Origin: Octopus sinensis
Lineage: Eukaryota
Reading direction: 5' to 3'
Length of the DNA: 64,000 bases
NCBI RefSeq assembly: GCF_006345805.1
Contig: NC_043002.1
Coordinates: forward strand, 65,038,001-65,102,000
Part shown: positions 39,025 through 51,343 of the stretch, piece after piece
Position numbering within the stretch: position 1 is the first letter of the stretch
Layout: each line of letters starts with the position of its first letter
Translations under genes and position numbers: made by a program
The notes under the pieces: generated by a model
What the model saw: only the letters and a program-made list of their open reading frames with translations
What the model was told of the DNA's origin: nothing
Databases searched by the model: none

Positions 39025-39520
39025 CTGTGTTTTTCCCTTACCGACAACAGGTGTTGAGGTATTTACGTCCTCGTAACTTAGGAGTTCGGAGAAAAAGAGA
39101 GAATAAATACCAAGCTTTAAAAAATAAAAGTATTGGGGCCGGCTAATTCGACTAAATTCTTCAAAGCGGTGCCCTCGAATGACCACAGTCTAATGACTGA
39201 AATAAGGAAAAAATATATATAGTTAAGGAAGTAGTGTTTTATTCTCAAACGCAGGATAATACTAATAAAATAGCATGAACCGGATAAACTACCCATATTT
39301 TGTAGAAAAAATGTGTCTGCGGCCAGCCATGAGACTCGAATACACACCACTGTTATTATGCATCGCAGTGCTCTACCGTTAAGCTTAAAGCTAGCAGTTC
39401 GGTAAAAAGAGATCGATTGAATAAGTACTAAGCTTACAAAGAATAAATCCTGGGGTCGATTTCTTCGACTAAAAGCGGTGCTTCAGCATGGCCGCAGCCA
39501 AATGACTGAAACAAGTAAAG
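38945..39520 (+). mobile_element. Two main-family SINE 3' halves (about 38945-39210 and 39385-39520)
   Basis: (TG)n then CCGACAACAGGTGTTGAGGTATTTACGTCC...; second AGCAGTTCGGTAAAAAGAGATCGATTGAATAAGTAC...GACTGAAACAAGTAAAG. Confidence 0.75.
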
Positions 39521-39861
39521 GCATATATATAATAACAATAATCTTTGGAAGGAATTTATAAACATTTAATACGTCGCTAAACGCGTTTCCAGAAACCACG
39601 CGTCTCTTAAGATCATAGCCCGTATTCCTGGGAAGATTACAGCGCAGCCCGTAGTATTCATAGGTATCGAGTTAATCATCATCACCTTGGGTCCATTTGT
39701 TCAAGCGATATCACATTAATGGATCCTGCATAATATCGGTACAGCTCGACGTAATCCAGAAAAAAACTGGTTCTCTACTCAGCATCATAAGAATACGGCT
39801 GGCATAAGAGAACAGGAGCTTTATTTGCATATTCAAAACATTCCCCATAAACAAATTTAAC

Positions 39862-39903
<42 letters not shown>

Positions 39904-39905
39904 TT

Positions 39906-39936
<31 letters not shown>

Positions 39937-39939
39937 AAG

Positions 39940-40120
39940 ATTTTAGAACATTTATAAATAGAAGGTCTTACAGCTGTTTCCGGGATATATTTTATATCCC
40001 TTCATCTGAGACGGTGTGAGATAATGGTTAAGCAATAGTTAATTTAGATAAGATCTGAAATAGAGAGTGAAGTGGAGGAATAAAAATATATGTGAGATAT
40101 GCAGGGTTATTGCATGTGTA
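39940..40120 (-). mobile_element. Penelope-type repeat with hammerhead-like motif at 39965-40012
   Basis: rc: GTCT CAGATGA A GGGATAT..ATATCCC G GAAA CAGCTG TA AGAC; same family as 19540-19765. Confidence 0.6.
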
Positions 40121-40218
40121 GATCCATTATTTAGGCAGAATGGAATACGTATAAGATTCCAATAGTATTTAAAATTGGTCATTTCACGTATAAAGTTTGT
40201 ACACAGTGCTAGTGATTC

Positions 40219-40281
<63 letters not shown>

Positions 40282-40354
40282 TATATGTGCGTGTGTGTGT
40301 ATGTATACAGACAGCTAGATAGATTAGATAGATAGGTAGACAGACAGACAGACC

Positions 40355-40406
<52 letters not shown>

Positions 40407-40442
40407 GATAGATATATAGATAGAGAGATAGAGAGATAGTTA

Positions 40443-41098
40443 AGTTTTTTTATTGGCCACACAGGGCTGCACACAGATGGTACAAGTTACAAGATAGAAC
40501 TTTACATTTGGGGGATGAAAAAAACAAAAAACAAAAGAAACAGAAAAAAGGTGGTGTAGGTTTTCGATCAAAAAGGATCGTAAAAGGGAAAAAAAGAACA
40601 AAAAAATAAATAAATAAAATAAAATAAATAAAAATAAGAAAAAAGGAAAAGGAACAAAAGAAAAGAGAAATAAAAAAAGAAGAAAAGAGGGGAAAAAAGG
40701 GGAAGAGGAAAAAAAGATCAATTGGGATCGTGTATCACAGCGTTATGATGTTTGGTGTAAAGGGGAAAAAGACCACGGTAACCTTGGTCAATATTGTTAT
40801 ATGTTACCACATTTGTTTGCATGTGGGTAACCCTCTGTTTTCAATTTCTGGGTTCATAGGATTATGCTCCAGGTGGCTTCGTCATTCATACGTGCCATCC
40901 TTGCAACATTCACCCATCTTTTTTTAAAACATTCGCTAGACAAGACATGCCTCTCTACTCAGACCCCGAGCAACTCCACCGGGCCGTCGATCCAGCGTCC
41001 CACGACGGAGGCGCTGGTGGACGGCATGGGCTTGCTTCTCCAGGTGCCTAGTCACAAGCCCACTGCGCATCATCAACAGCAGTTGTTCGACATAAGCC
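40443..41098 (-). mobile_element. Tx1-like GATA family, array unit A (internally deleted, scrambled 5' end)
   Basis: 3' UTR and ORF2 end jump at CTCTCTACTC|AGACCCCGAG to the RT-distal region; ends in GACATAAGCC then (GATA)n. Confidence 0.85.
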
Positions 41099-41099
41099 G

Positions 41100-41154
<55 letters not shown>

Positions 41155-41225
41155 TAGATAGATAGATAGATAGATAGATAGGTAGATAGATAGACAGACA
41201 GATAGATAGACAGATAGTTAGATAT

Positions 41226-41262
<37 letters not shown>

Positions 41263-41341
41263 CAGATTGATAGATAGTTAGATACTTAGATAGATGGATA
41301 GATAGATAGACAGATAGATAGATAGATATATATAGAGATAT

Positions 41342-41400
<59 letters not shown>

Positions 41401-41408
41401 TATAGATA

Positions 41409-42040
41409 AATTTCTTTATTGGCCACCCAGGGCTGCACACAGATGGGGCAAGTTACAAGGTAGAGCTTTCCTTTTCGCGGGAGAAAAAAAAAAGGTGGCG
41501 TAGGTTTTCGATCAAAAGGGATCGTAAAAGGGAAAAAAGAACAAAAAAAAAATAAATAAAATAAAATAAATAAAAATAAGAAAAAAGGAAAAGGAACAAA
41601 AGAAAAGAGAAATAAAAAAAGAAGAAAAGAGGGGAAAAAAGGGGAAGAGGAAAAAAAGATCAATTGGGATCGTGTATCACAGCGTTATGATGTTTGGTGT
41701 AAAGGGGAAAAAGACCACGGTAACCTTGGTCAATATTGTTATATGTTACCACATTTGTTTGCATGTGGGTAACCCTCTGTTTTCAATTTCTGGGTTCATA
41801 GGATTATGCTCCAGGTGGCTTCGTCATTCATACGTGCCATCCTTGCAACATTCACCCATCTTTTTTTAAAACATTCGCTAGACAAGACATGCCTCTCTAC
41901 TCAGACCCCGAGCAACTCCACCGGGCCGTCGATCCAGCGTCCCACGACGGAGGCGCTGGTGGACGGCATGGGCTTGCTTCTCCAGGTGCCTAGTCACAAG
42001 CCCACTGCGCATCATCAACAGCAGTTGTTCGACATAAGCC
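41409..42040 (-). mobile_element. Tx1-like GATA family, array unit B
   Basis: Same deletion and 5' junction as A; first 120 bp match unit C, remainder matches unit A. Confidence 0.85.
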
Positions 42041-42041
42041 G

Positions 42042-42100
<59 letters not shown>

Positions 42101-42167
42101 TAGATAGATAGATAGATAGATAGGTAGATAGATAGACAGACAGATAGATAGACAGATAGTTAGATAT

Positions 42168-42204
<37 letters not shown>

Positions 42205-42300
42205 CAGATTGATAGATAGTTAGATACTTAGATAGATGGATAGATAGATAGACAGATAGATAGATAGATATATATAGAGATATATAGATAGATAGATAAT

Positions 42301-42339
<39 letters not shown>

Positions 42340-42349
42340 TATATAGATA

Positions 42350-44022
42350 AATTTCTTTATTGGCCACCCAGGGCTGCACACAGATGGGGCAAGTTACAAG
42401 GTAGAGCTTTCCTTTTCGCGGGAGAAAAAAAAAAGGTGGCGTAGGTTTTCGATCAAAAGGGATCGTAAAAGGGAAAAAAGAACAAAAAAAAAAGAAAAGG
42501 AAAAAAAGGAAAAGAAAAAAAAGAAAAAAGGGAAAAGGAACAAAAGAAAAAAATTGAAAAAAGAAGAAAAAAAGGGGAAAAAAGGGGAAGAGGAAAAAAA
42601 CGTCCAATAGGGATCGTGTATCACAGTGTCATGATGTATGTTGTAAAGGGGAAAGCAAGTAAGGTTTATCCGTGGAAGGAAAGCCTTCGAAAAAGACCAC
42701 GGTAACCTTGGTCAATATTGTTATATGTTACCACATTTGTTTGCAAGTGGGTAACCCTCTGTTTTCAATTTCTGGGTTCATAGGATTATGCTCAAGGTGG
42801 CTTCGTCATTCATACGTGCCATCTTGCTACATTCACCCATCTTTTTTTAAAACATTCGCTAGACAAAACTTGCCTCTCTATTCTCACTTTCCTTTTCAAG
42901 TGGTATTTGAAGAAGTTGATGGGAGATTGACCAGAGAGGAAAGTGTTTGTCTCCAATCCTTTCAGACGCGTCCACCAGATACATTCTTTCGCCATAGCCA
43001 CAAGAATGATGAAAATAGCACTTCCTTCCCGTTTGAAGGAAGGAGGTGTGACAATATTGACGATAGATTCAGCTGATAAACCGACTCGTCCCACACGTGA
43101 CAGCAGTAGTTCATCGCTCTGACCGCATCTCGGGCAGGTCGGCCCCGTGTTTCTCGAGCCGTGTCTGTAGAGCTTATCCCGAACGAGTAGCGCTTCTCGG
43201 TAGCACTGCCAGGCCAGGGATCTCTGGAAGTTGTCCAAGGGCTCTGGCCCGAAAGTCGTCCCGAACAGGCGGGTCAGGTATTCCTCGTCGACGTCCAGGT
43301 TCGCCTCGAGCTCGTCTTCGTACCTCCCCTCCACTAATCCCCTATAGAATGCTTTGGTTGTGATGGAGTCACTCAAGGTTGACCCAGGACGGCAGAGTTG
43401 CTTGAGAGCAACGCGACACTCGCGGTGCCATCCGCCCTTCCTCGGCCTCTTTTTGATCCACGATTGCAGTTCGGTCATGGAGACGAGCTGCGGGAAAGCG
43501 TGCCTCACAAATGGCGATCACACCTGTTCACCGTCGTCTACGAAGAGCCTGAGATGTCGCAGTCTCAGTGGGTGTCTGCGCATCATCAACCACGGCATGC
43601 CCAGTCCTCCTTTTAACGGTTGTTGACAGCAAATAGATCACCTGACCATCGGGACGCATCCTTTCCACGAGAAGCGAAAGAGAATGCGTTCTAGTTTGGT
43701 GATGGTAGGGTCGGGACAAGGCACGACGGTCAAGCGGTAGTAGATGACTGACGCAATGTACGTGTTCGCCACCTCCGACCGACCTTTTAGGGACAGTTTC
43801 CTCTCGGCCCATTGCCGGGCGAGAGTGACCACCCTACTCGTTATCTCGTTCCAGTTCTTCTCCATTTGGAGGTCCGGACAGAACCAGACCCCGAGCAACT
43901 CCACCGGACCGTCGATCCAGCGTCCCACGACGGAGGCGCTGGTGGACGGCATGGGCTTGCTTCTCCAGGTGCCTAGTCACAAGCCACTGCGCATCATCAA
44001 CAGCAGTTGTTCGACATAAGCC
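42350..44022 (-). mobile_element. Tx1-like GATA family, array unit C
   Basis: Continuous from 3' end to RT C-terminal region ([25 protein letters not shown]), same scrambled 5' junction as A and B. Confidence 0.88.
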
Positions 44023-44023
44023 G

Positions 44024-44078
<55 letters not shown>

Positions 44079-44149
44079 TAGATAGATAGATAGACAGACA
44101 GATAGATAGATAGATAGACAGACAGATAGATAGACAGATAGTTAGATAT

Positions 44150-44186
<37 letters not shown>

Positions 44187-44265
44187 CAGATTGATAGATA
44201 GTTAGATACTTAGATAGATGGATAGATAGATAGACAGATAGATAGATAGATATATATAGAGATAT

Positions 44266-44316
<51 letters not shown>

Positions 44317-44324
44317 TATAGATA

Positions 44325-46990
44325 AATTTCTTTATTGGCCACCCAGGGCTGCACACAGATGGGGCAAGTTACAAGGTAGAGCTTTCCTTTTCGCGGGAGA
44401 AAAAAAAAAGGTGGCGTAGGTTTTCGATCAAAAGGGATCGTAAAAGGGAAAAAAGAACAAAAAAAAGAAGAAAAGGAAAAAAAGGAAAAGAAAAAAAAGA
44501 AAAAAGGGAAAAGGAACAAAAGAAAAAAAATTGAAAAAAGAAGAAAAAAAGGGGAAAAAAGGGGAAGAGGAAAAAAACGTCCAATAGGGATCGTGTATCA
44601 CAGTGTCATGATGTATGTTGTAAAGGGGAAAGCAAGTAAGGTTTATCCGTGGGAAGGAAAGCCTTCGAAAAAGACCACGGTAACCTTGGTCAATATTGTT
44701 ATATGTTACCACATTTGTTTGCAAGTGGGTAACCCTCTGTTTTCAATTTCTGGGTTCATAGGATTATGCTCAAGGTGGCTTCGTCATTCATACGTGCCAT
44801 CTTGCTACATTCACCCATCTTTTTTTAAAACATTCGCTAGACAAAACTTGCCTCTCTATTCTCACTTTCCTTTTCAAGTGGTATTTGAAGAAGTTGATGG
44901 GAGATTGACCAGAGAGGAAAGTGTTTGTCTCCAATCCTTTCAGACGCGTCCACCAGATACATTCTTTCGCCATAGCCACAAGAATGATGAAAATAGCACT
45001 TCCTTCCCGTTTGAAGGAAGGAGGTGTGACAATATTGACGATAGATTCAGCTGATAAACCGACTCGTCCCACACGTGACAGCAGTAGTTCATCGCTCTGA
45101 CCGCATCTCGGGCAGGTCGGCCCCGTGTTTCTCGAGCCGTGTCTGTAGAGCTTATCCCGAACGAGTAGCGCTTCTCGGTAGCACTGCCAGGCCAGGGATC
45201 TCTGGAAGTTGTCCAAGGGCTCTGGCCCGAAAGTCGTCCCGAACAGGGGGTCAGGTATTCCTCGTCGACGTCCAGGTTCGCCTCGAGCTCGTCTTCGTAC
45301 CTCCCCTCCACTAATCCCCTATAGAATGCTTTGGTTGTGATGGAGTCACTCAAGGTTGACCCAGGACGGCAGAGTTGCTTGAGAGCAACGCGACACTCGC
45401 GGTGCCATCCGCCCTTCCTCGGCCTCTTTTTGATCCACGATTGCAGTTCGGTCATGGAGACGAGCTGCGGGAAAGCGTGCCTCACAAATGGCGATCACAC
45501 CTGTTCACCGTCGTCTACGAGAGCCTGAGATGTCGCAGTCTCAGTGGGTGTCTGCGCATCATCAACCACGGCATGCCCAGTCCTCCTTTTAACGGTTGTT
45601 GACAGCAAATAGATCACCTGACCATCGGGACGCATCCTTTCCACGAGAAGCGAAAGAGAATGCGTTCTAGTTTGGTGATGGTAGGGTCGGGACAAGGCAC
45701 GACGGTCAAGCGGTAGTAGATGACTGACGCAATGTACGTGTTCGCCACCTCCGACCGACCTTTTAGGGACAGTTTCCTCTCGGCCCATTGCCGGGCGAGA
45801 GTGACCACCCTACTCGTTATCTCGTTCCAGTTCTTCTCCATTTGGAGGTCCGGACAGAACCAGACCCCGAGCAACTCCACCGGACCGTCGATCCAGCGTC
45901 CCACGACGGAGGCGCTGGTGGACGGCATGGGCTTGCTTCTCCAGGTGCCTAGTCACAAGCCCACTGACTTTTCCCGGTTGATTTTTGATCCTGTCACCGC
46001 TTCGTAGTTTTTCAGTGTCTCGCCGACCTGCTCGATGTGCTCGTGGCTAGACACTATGATGGTGACGTCGTCCGCGTATGCAGACACGCTCGTCCCAGTT
46101 CTCGCGGGATGCCCCTCAGAGTTGCCAGCTTCCGCAATGTCGAAAGGTCTCGATAGATGTCCATTTACGCGAATTACTGAACGGATGCCTCTGTACAAAG
46201 CGGCTATCCAGCCGCGGAAGACGGGACCGAAGCCAGCCGCTCTGAGGACTGCCTCCAAGTATCGATGGTCTATCTTATCGAAAGCTTTCGATTGATCCAA
46301 ATTGATCAGCGCCCCACCCATGCCAGGTTCGTTAACTACCCTGTCTATGATGTAGCGCATCAGGTGGAGGTTGTCATGGATGTTCCGGCCTTGTCGACCA
46401 GCTTCTCGATGACAAACGCCAACCTCTTGGCTAACACCTTGGCCAAAATTTTCAAGCAGAGTGATGGGCCTAAAGTTATCTATTACATTTCCCTTGTTTA
46501 GATCTTTCCTCAGCAGTGTTACGGCTTCTCGGCTCACAAAAGCAGGAATGCTCCCGTGTTGCTGCCAGTTGCAGTACACCGCTGCCAAGACGTCTCAAAA
46601 CAAGTCTGGCATACAACTGTAAAGCTCGTAGGGTAGACCATCCAAACCCGGCGATTTGTCTCTCGAGCATTCTGCCATCGCGTCCTGCACTTCCGCTGCC
46701 GTGAGGGCACCTTCGCAGCACCCTGCCTCTCTTGTCGAGAGTCCTGGTAGGCTGTGTAGGTAGGCACTGAAGTCTACCCTACGTTCTTGCCCGCCACTCA
46801 TCCCGAACAGTCGGGCAAAATGCTTTTGAAAGGCCTCACACATTTTACTTGGCTCGATCAATTCGCGCCCCTGTTCATCTACCAGAGACCGAATGGTGGC
46901 TTTGTTGCCCTGTTGCGCCTGTGCCACCCGGGCCTCTCTCGCGGCTCCAACACCTTCGTTCCTTAGAGCACGCATCTTAGCTCTGACAAT
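44325..46990 (-). mobile_element. Tx1-like GATA family, array unit D (longest; defective RT)
   Basis: KSPGLDGLPYELY, NFRPITLL, INLDQSKAFDKIDHRYL, SAYADDVTI, KINREKSVGL; lacks the RQGCPLSP motif (deletion); frameshifts; homology ends near 46990. Confidence 0.9.
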
Positions 46991-47934
46991 CGGGGATTAT
47001 CTTTGTTAGAGAACAGACAGCAAAAGCAAGATGTGGTTTAGAAATTTGATATGACCAGATACGCATTTTAGAGAATGCAGTATATATTTTCACCACTCAT
47101 AACATGCACGTATTCTGTACAAATATTTCTATATATAAAACTTGGGACAGGATTCTCAAATTATTAGTGGATATGAATGTAATGCTAAGTGTGCCTATAG
47201 ATAAATCAACCTAAAACCCTGTAGGGAGTTTCTTGATGTTAGTGGTATATACAGAAAAAATGTTTTACATTCACTCAATTTCTTTCCCAAGATATCAGCA
47301 AAGATTAGATACTGATCAATGTCGAGAAAAAAGATATAACTGCTCTACTTTAAAGATGGAATCTATTTGAATATCTTAGATTTGCCCCTGGACGATTGCT
47401 CTTGGAAGCTTTCCAGATGATATGGAATTGTTGCCAAAATAATTACAATGCAGTAGTAGTTGAATCGTTATAACCTCGGGTAAAAAATGCTTGCATTATT
47501 TGTTTCAGATCCTTATCACTAGAATTCAGATTCCACCATTATCAACTTCAGTTTTTCTCCTTCCTGGATCAGAAATATTTATTTCTTTACTTTACTCTGG
47601 ATCAGAAATATTGAGCATACCTTAAGTACTACGGTTGTATTAATCGCCAATTGTCTCCGGCGAATTTTGAGTGCTTCAGTCTATATTTTTAAAAAATCAG
47701 TGTATTTTAAAGCGAGTTCTTGTCCCAATCATTTGCATATCTGACGATATGTTTGTTGGTATTTAGTTTATGCCCTTTATGTTTTCAGTTCATATGGCTC
47801 CGAAATGAATTTCATAACCACTCCCCTTGGGGATCTATTAAAATATATGACTTAATGCGTACCGAAATCAGTTTTATCGTCTCAACACTCCCATCACCAT
47901 TTCTTTCTTTCAATTTTAAAAATCAGTATATCAA

Positions 47935-48290
47935 AAGAATGTAGACAGTACAGATGTATAGCAGAATGTTGTGATTCGCTTACAAGAATTATCAGACAAA
48001 TACGTGGGCGTTACAACAAGCAGGTGAGAGACGACAATTCCTGAACATTGTGGCAAAAGAAAAGCTCATTTATTATGGTCATAGCCGAAGAAGCAGAGGT
48101 CTGCAAAACATTATCATAGAAGAAAGAGTCGAGGGTAGTAGATCAAGAGGCAGGTAAAGAACGCAAAGGACACTATGACGAGCTGGACGTATCAGACTGT
48201 CAAGGCAGCTGGAGAAATTGTTCTTAATGGAGTAGATTTTCGTTATAGCGTCATCAATGCGCTGCAGGCGTACGATAGATGACATCAGCG
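47935..48290 (+). mobile_element. RTE-clade LINE 3' remnant
   Basis: LQQAGERRQFLNIVAKEKLIYYGHSRRSRGLQNIIIEERVEGSRSRGR, typical of the RTE C-terminus. Confidence 0.75.
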
Positions 48291-49332
48291 ACCAGACAGT
48301 GCAGACGAATCATACATAAATTGCGTCCGTATGTAACCAACAAGTATGATCAAACCTCTAACAATTATATTTGTATGGGAAATAAATTGCATGAAAAACT
48401 ATAACTCTTACATTTCCCTCTCTTCTAAAACAAATACTATTACAAATTTTTATATTCCCAGAATGACTTGATTAAACGTTGATAGTTTACGTTAATTCTT
48501 TCAAATTCTAACACATAAGCGATGTTAGGAGAAGTAGAAGATTACATCGACCTCGGTACTTAAGTGGTACTTCATTTTAACGGCCTCAAAAGGATGAAAA
48601 GTAAATTTGAGCACGGACGGATTTGAGCTCAGCAAGTAGAGACGGAAAAAATGTCGTTAAGCATCTTGTCCGACGCAGGCTCGCCGATTCAAATGGTTTC
48701 ATATATTGGCACGACGGTACGAATTTCAGAGGAGTGAGTGTGACCTTTAAATCGCGCCTGTGCTCGACTGATACGTATTTCCATCGACACGGAAAGAATG
48801 ATAGATAAAGCCGACCAGAGTGTAAAAACTTACAAGAAATGCAGCCCAGCATTTTTTCAACGCCGTAACGCTTCAGCCAACTTGCTGGCATTAAACTTAC
48901 ATTAATACAGAGACAGAACTACGAGAAAATACCTGTTGAAACCACTTCTACTGAAGTTAATACTGTTTCCTGCTTTCATGCTTTCATTCAATATAGTTTA
49001 ACTGTCAATAAGCAAAAACAGTTAAAGCTGCTTCAGCTAGAATCACAGCATTTTATATAATCCCACCCTTATATAACGTCCATTCTGTCTCCGAGGTTTC
49101 TCGGTACTAAGTTCAGATAATTAAAATGAACACGACAACTAAGCATGCAATAAATATCTAACTACATTGTTTTTTGAACCTGAAGGGTTGCTTGGATGCA
49201 CAAGGCGCGTTATATAGATATGCCGAATTAATGTTTCCACGGCATGAAACTATTTGCGGCTCATATTCAAATTTGAATACTGCCTATATTATAATAAGTG
49301 TGTGTGTGTGTATGTATACGAGTAGGTATGTA

Positions 49333-49392
<60 letters not shown>

Positions 49393-49417
49393 CATATATG
49401 TACACACATAGGTAGAT

Positions 49418-49508
<91 letters not shown>

Positions 49509-50163
49509 TTACACACATACGTAGATGGATAGATAGATGTACGTATGTATGTACAGATGTTTCTTTGCGAACGCGTGTATGCGTCTGTTATTCATTATTC
49601 AAAATAAATCAAAACCTTTACATGCCCCATTCGTAATGCAGCCACTACCCATTATGTAGAATTTTACTGCGGCATCATAATTTGTGTTGTTGTTCATTAA
49701 ATGATGACTTGATGATGAATGGCGAAACTTTTCTTTTTATGAATTAAAAAGTTGTAAAATTAATATGACAGTTCTATTTTTTACTTCACGAGTCATTATA
49801 GTTTATTGTTGTAGTTATTACTGTGAGTGACATTGGTTATCACTTAATTGAAAAAATCCTATTGTGCTGTATTAAGGAGGAAATTCGAAAATTATTCTTC
49901 ATAGCATCCTTGACACCAGACAATGCGGATAGTCCGTCCAATTAATAGCGTTGAAAACTTTTAGCCGTGATGTATGAAAGGGTCGCATCCTGCGATTGCT
50001 AAACCGTGACGATGGTGCTTAAATATAAATTGCCATTGTTAAACGGTGCGAATTGCCGTTAATCTTGTTAGAAAGTTTTGTTGATTTGCCCTAAAAAATT
50101 TTACATTATAACGCTGAGGATGTTGTGTTTCTGATTTGTCATGTACGACAGTTAATATATATA

Positions 50164-50212
<49 letters not shown>

Positions 50213-50229
50213 CACACACACATATATAT

Positions 50230-50349
<120 letters not shown>

Positions 50350-50667
50350 ATGATAAGATCGTTATTTAAATATCGAACTTATCAAGTGGCTAGCATGGGA
50401 ATAAAAAACTTCAATGGTAATAATTATTATTAAAATTATAATTTAGGGTACCTAAGAGATACCACCACGCTTGAAATAGCAGCCAAAACTTGTCTCTAAA
50501 ACCACATTAAATGTTCATACAGCACCAGACAAAAAGACAAAATAAACTAGCAAATAAATTACTGGATAATTCCAGATCCCGGATTTCTGACTCTGCATAA
50601 GAAATGCTTTGCCATCATCAGTGGAATATACGCAGCACATAAATACAAATATGTATATATGTATATA

Positions 50668-50723
<56 letters not shown>

Positions 50724-51052
50724 CATGTATGCACTCGACCAGTTTAAATTGCCCGTCTAAAACTCCTCGTGCGATATGGTCAAATATATCACCGCAGTGA
50801 ATATAATGGCGAAATAAACATAAATTTATAGAAATAAAGATAAGAACGTTATTCAAATATCGAACTTATAAAGTGTCCAGCATGGGAATAACGACTTCAA
50901 AGGAAATAATTATTATTAAAATTATAATTTAGGCTATCTAAGAAATACAACACGGCTTGAAATAGCAATCAAAACTTGACTCTAAAACGACATTAAAAGT
51001 TCATACAGCACCAGGAGAGAAGACAAAAAGAGAAAATAAACTAGCAAAAGAA
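50350..51052 (-). repeat. Two diverged 210-bp direct repeats (50350-50560, 50836-51052), Penelope-type, hammerhead between them
   Basis: GATAAGA[T/A]CGTTATT[T/C]AAATATCGAACTTAT...GTTCATACAGCACCAG...AATAAACTAGCAAA shared, about 80% by eye. Confidence 0.8.
50569..50627 (-). ncRNA. Type I hammerhead ribozyme, canonical core, best-formed copy
   Basis: rc: ATTCCA CTGATGA TGGC-AAA-GCAT-TTCTT-ATGC-AGA-GTCA GAAA TCC-G-GGA TC TGGAAT; perfect 6-bp stem I, bipartite stem II, AUC triplet. Confidence 0.85.
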
Positions 51053-51343
51053 TTTATATATATAAATGCCCGAACGATCTTCAAATGACCTGTTTGCATC
51101 GTGAAACTGTATGATAAAGACGATTCTTGTCACTAAAACTTGGTGTTTGAAATTATCTTTCCTTCCTCTGTTAGCAATTGGAAATTGCTACTAGGACTCT
51201 GCTTTCGTTTTGCCATTCAAAGGAGAGAGTTGAAGTAAAATAATTTATTCAATTAATAAAGAAACTCACCATTCTCGGTATTTAATTCAGATAATTAAAA
51301 TAGAAATAAGCAGGAGTTGCTGTGTGGTAAATAGCTTGCTTAC

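Noticed and set aside
39575-39630. Minus-strand GGAAACGCGTTTAGC Penelope-like motif
   Set aside because: Palindromic stem III is present, but the core and stem II are too degenerate to call
40443-44324. Repeat-spacer periodicity suggesting a CRISPR-like array
   Set aside because: Units are 0.6-1.7 kb LINE fragments and the spacers are GATA microsatellites in eukaryotic DNA
47000-47700. Possible P-element-like transposase remnant on the minus strand
   Set aside because: Only a vague RYS...GF resemblance across several stops; not enough to assign
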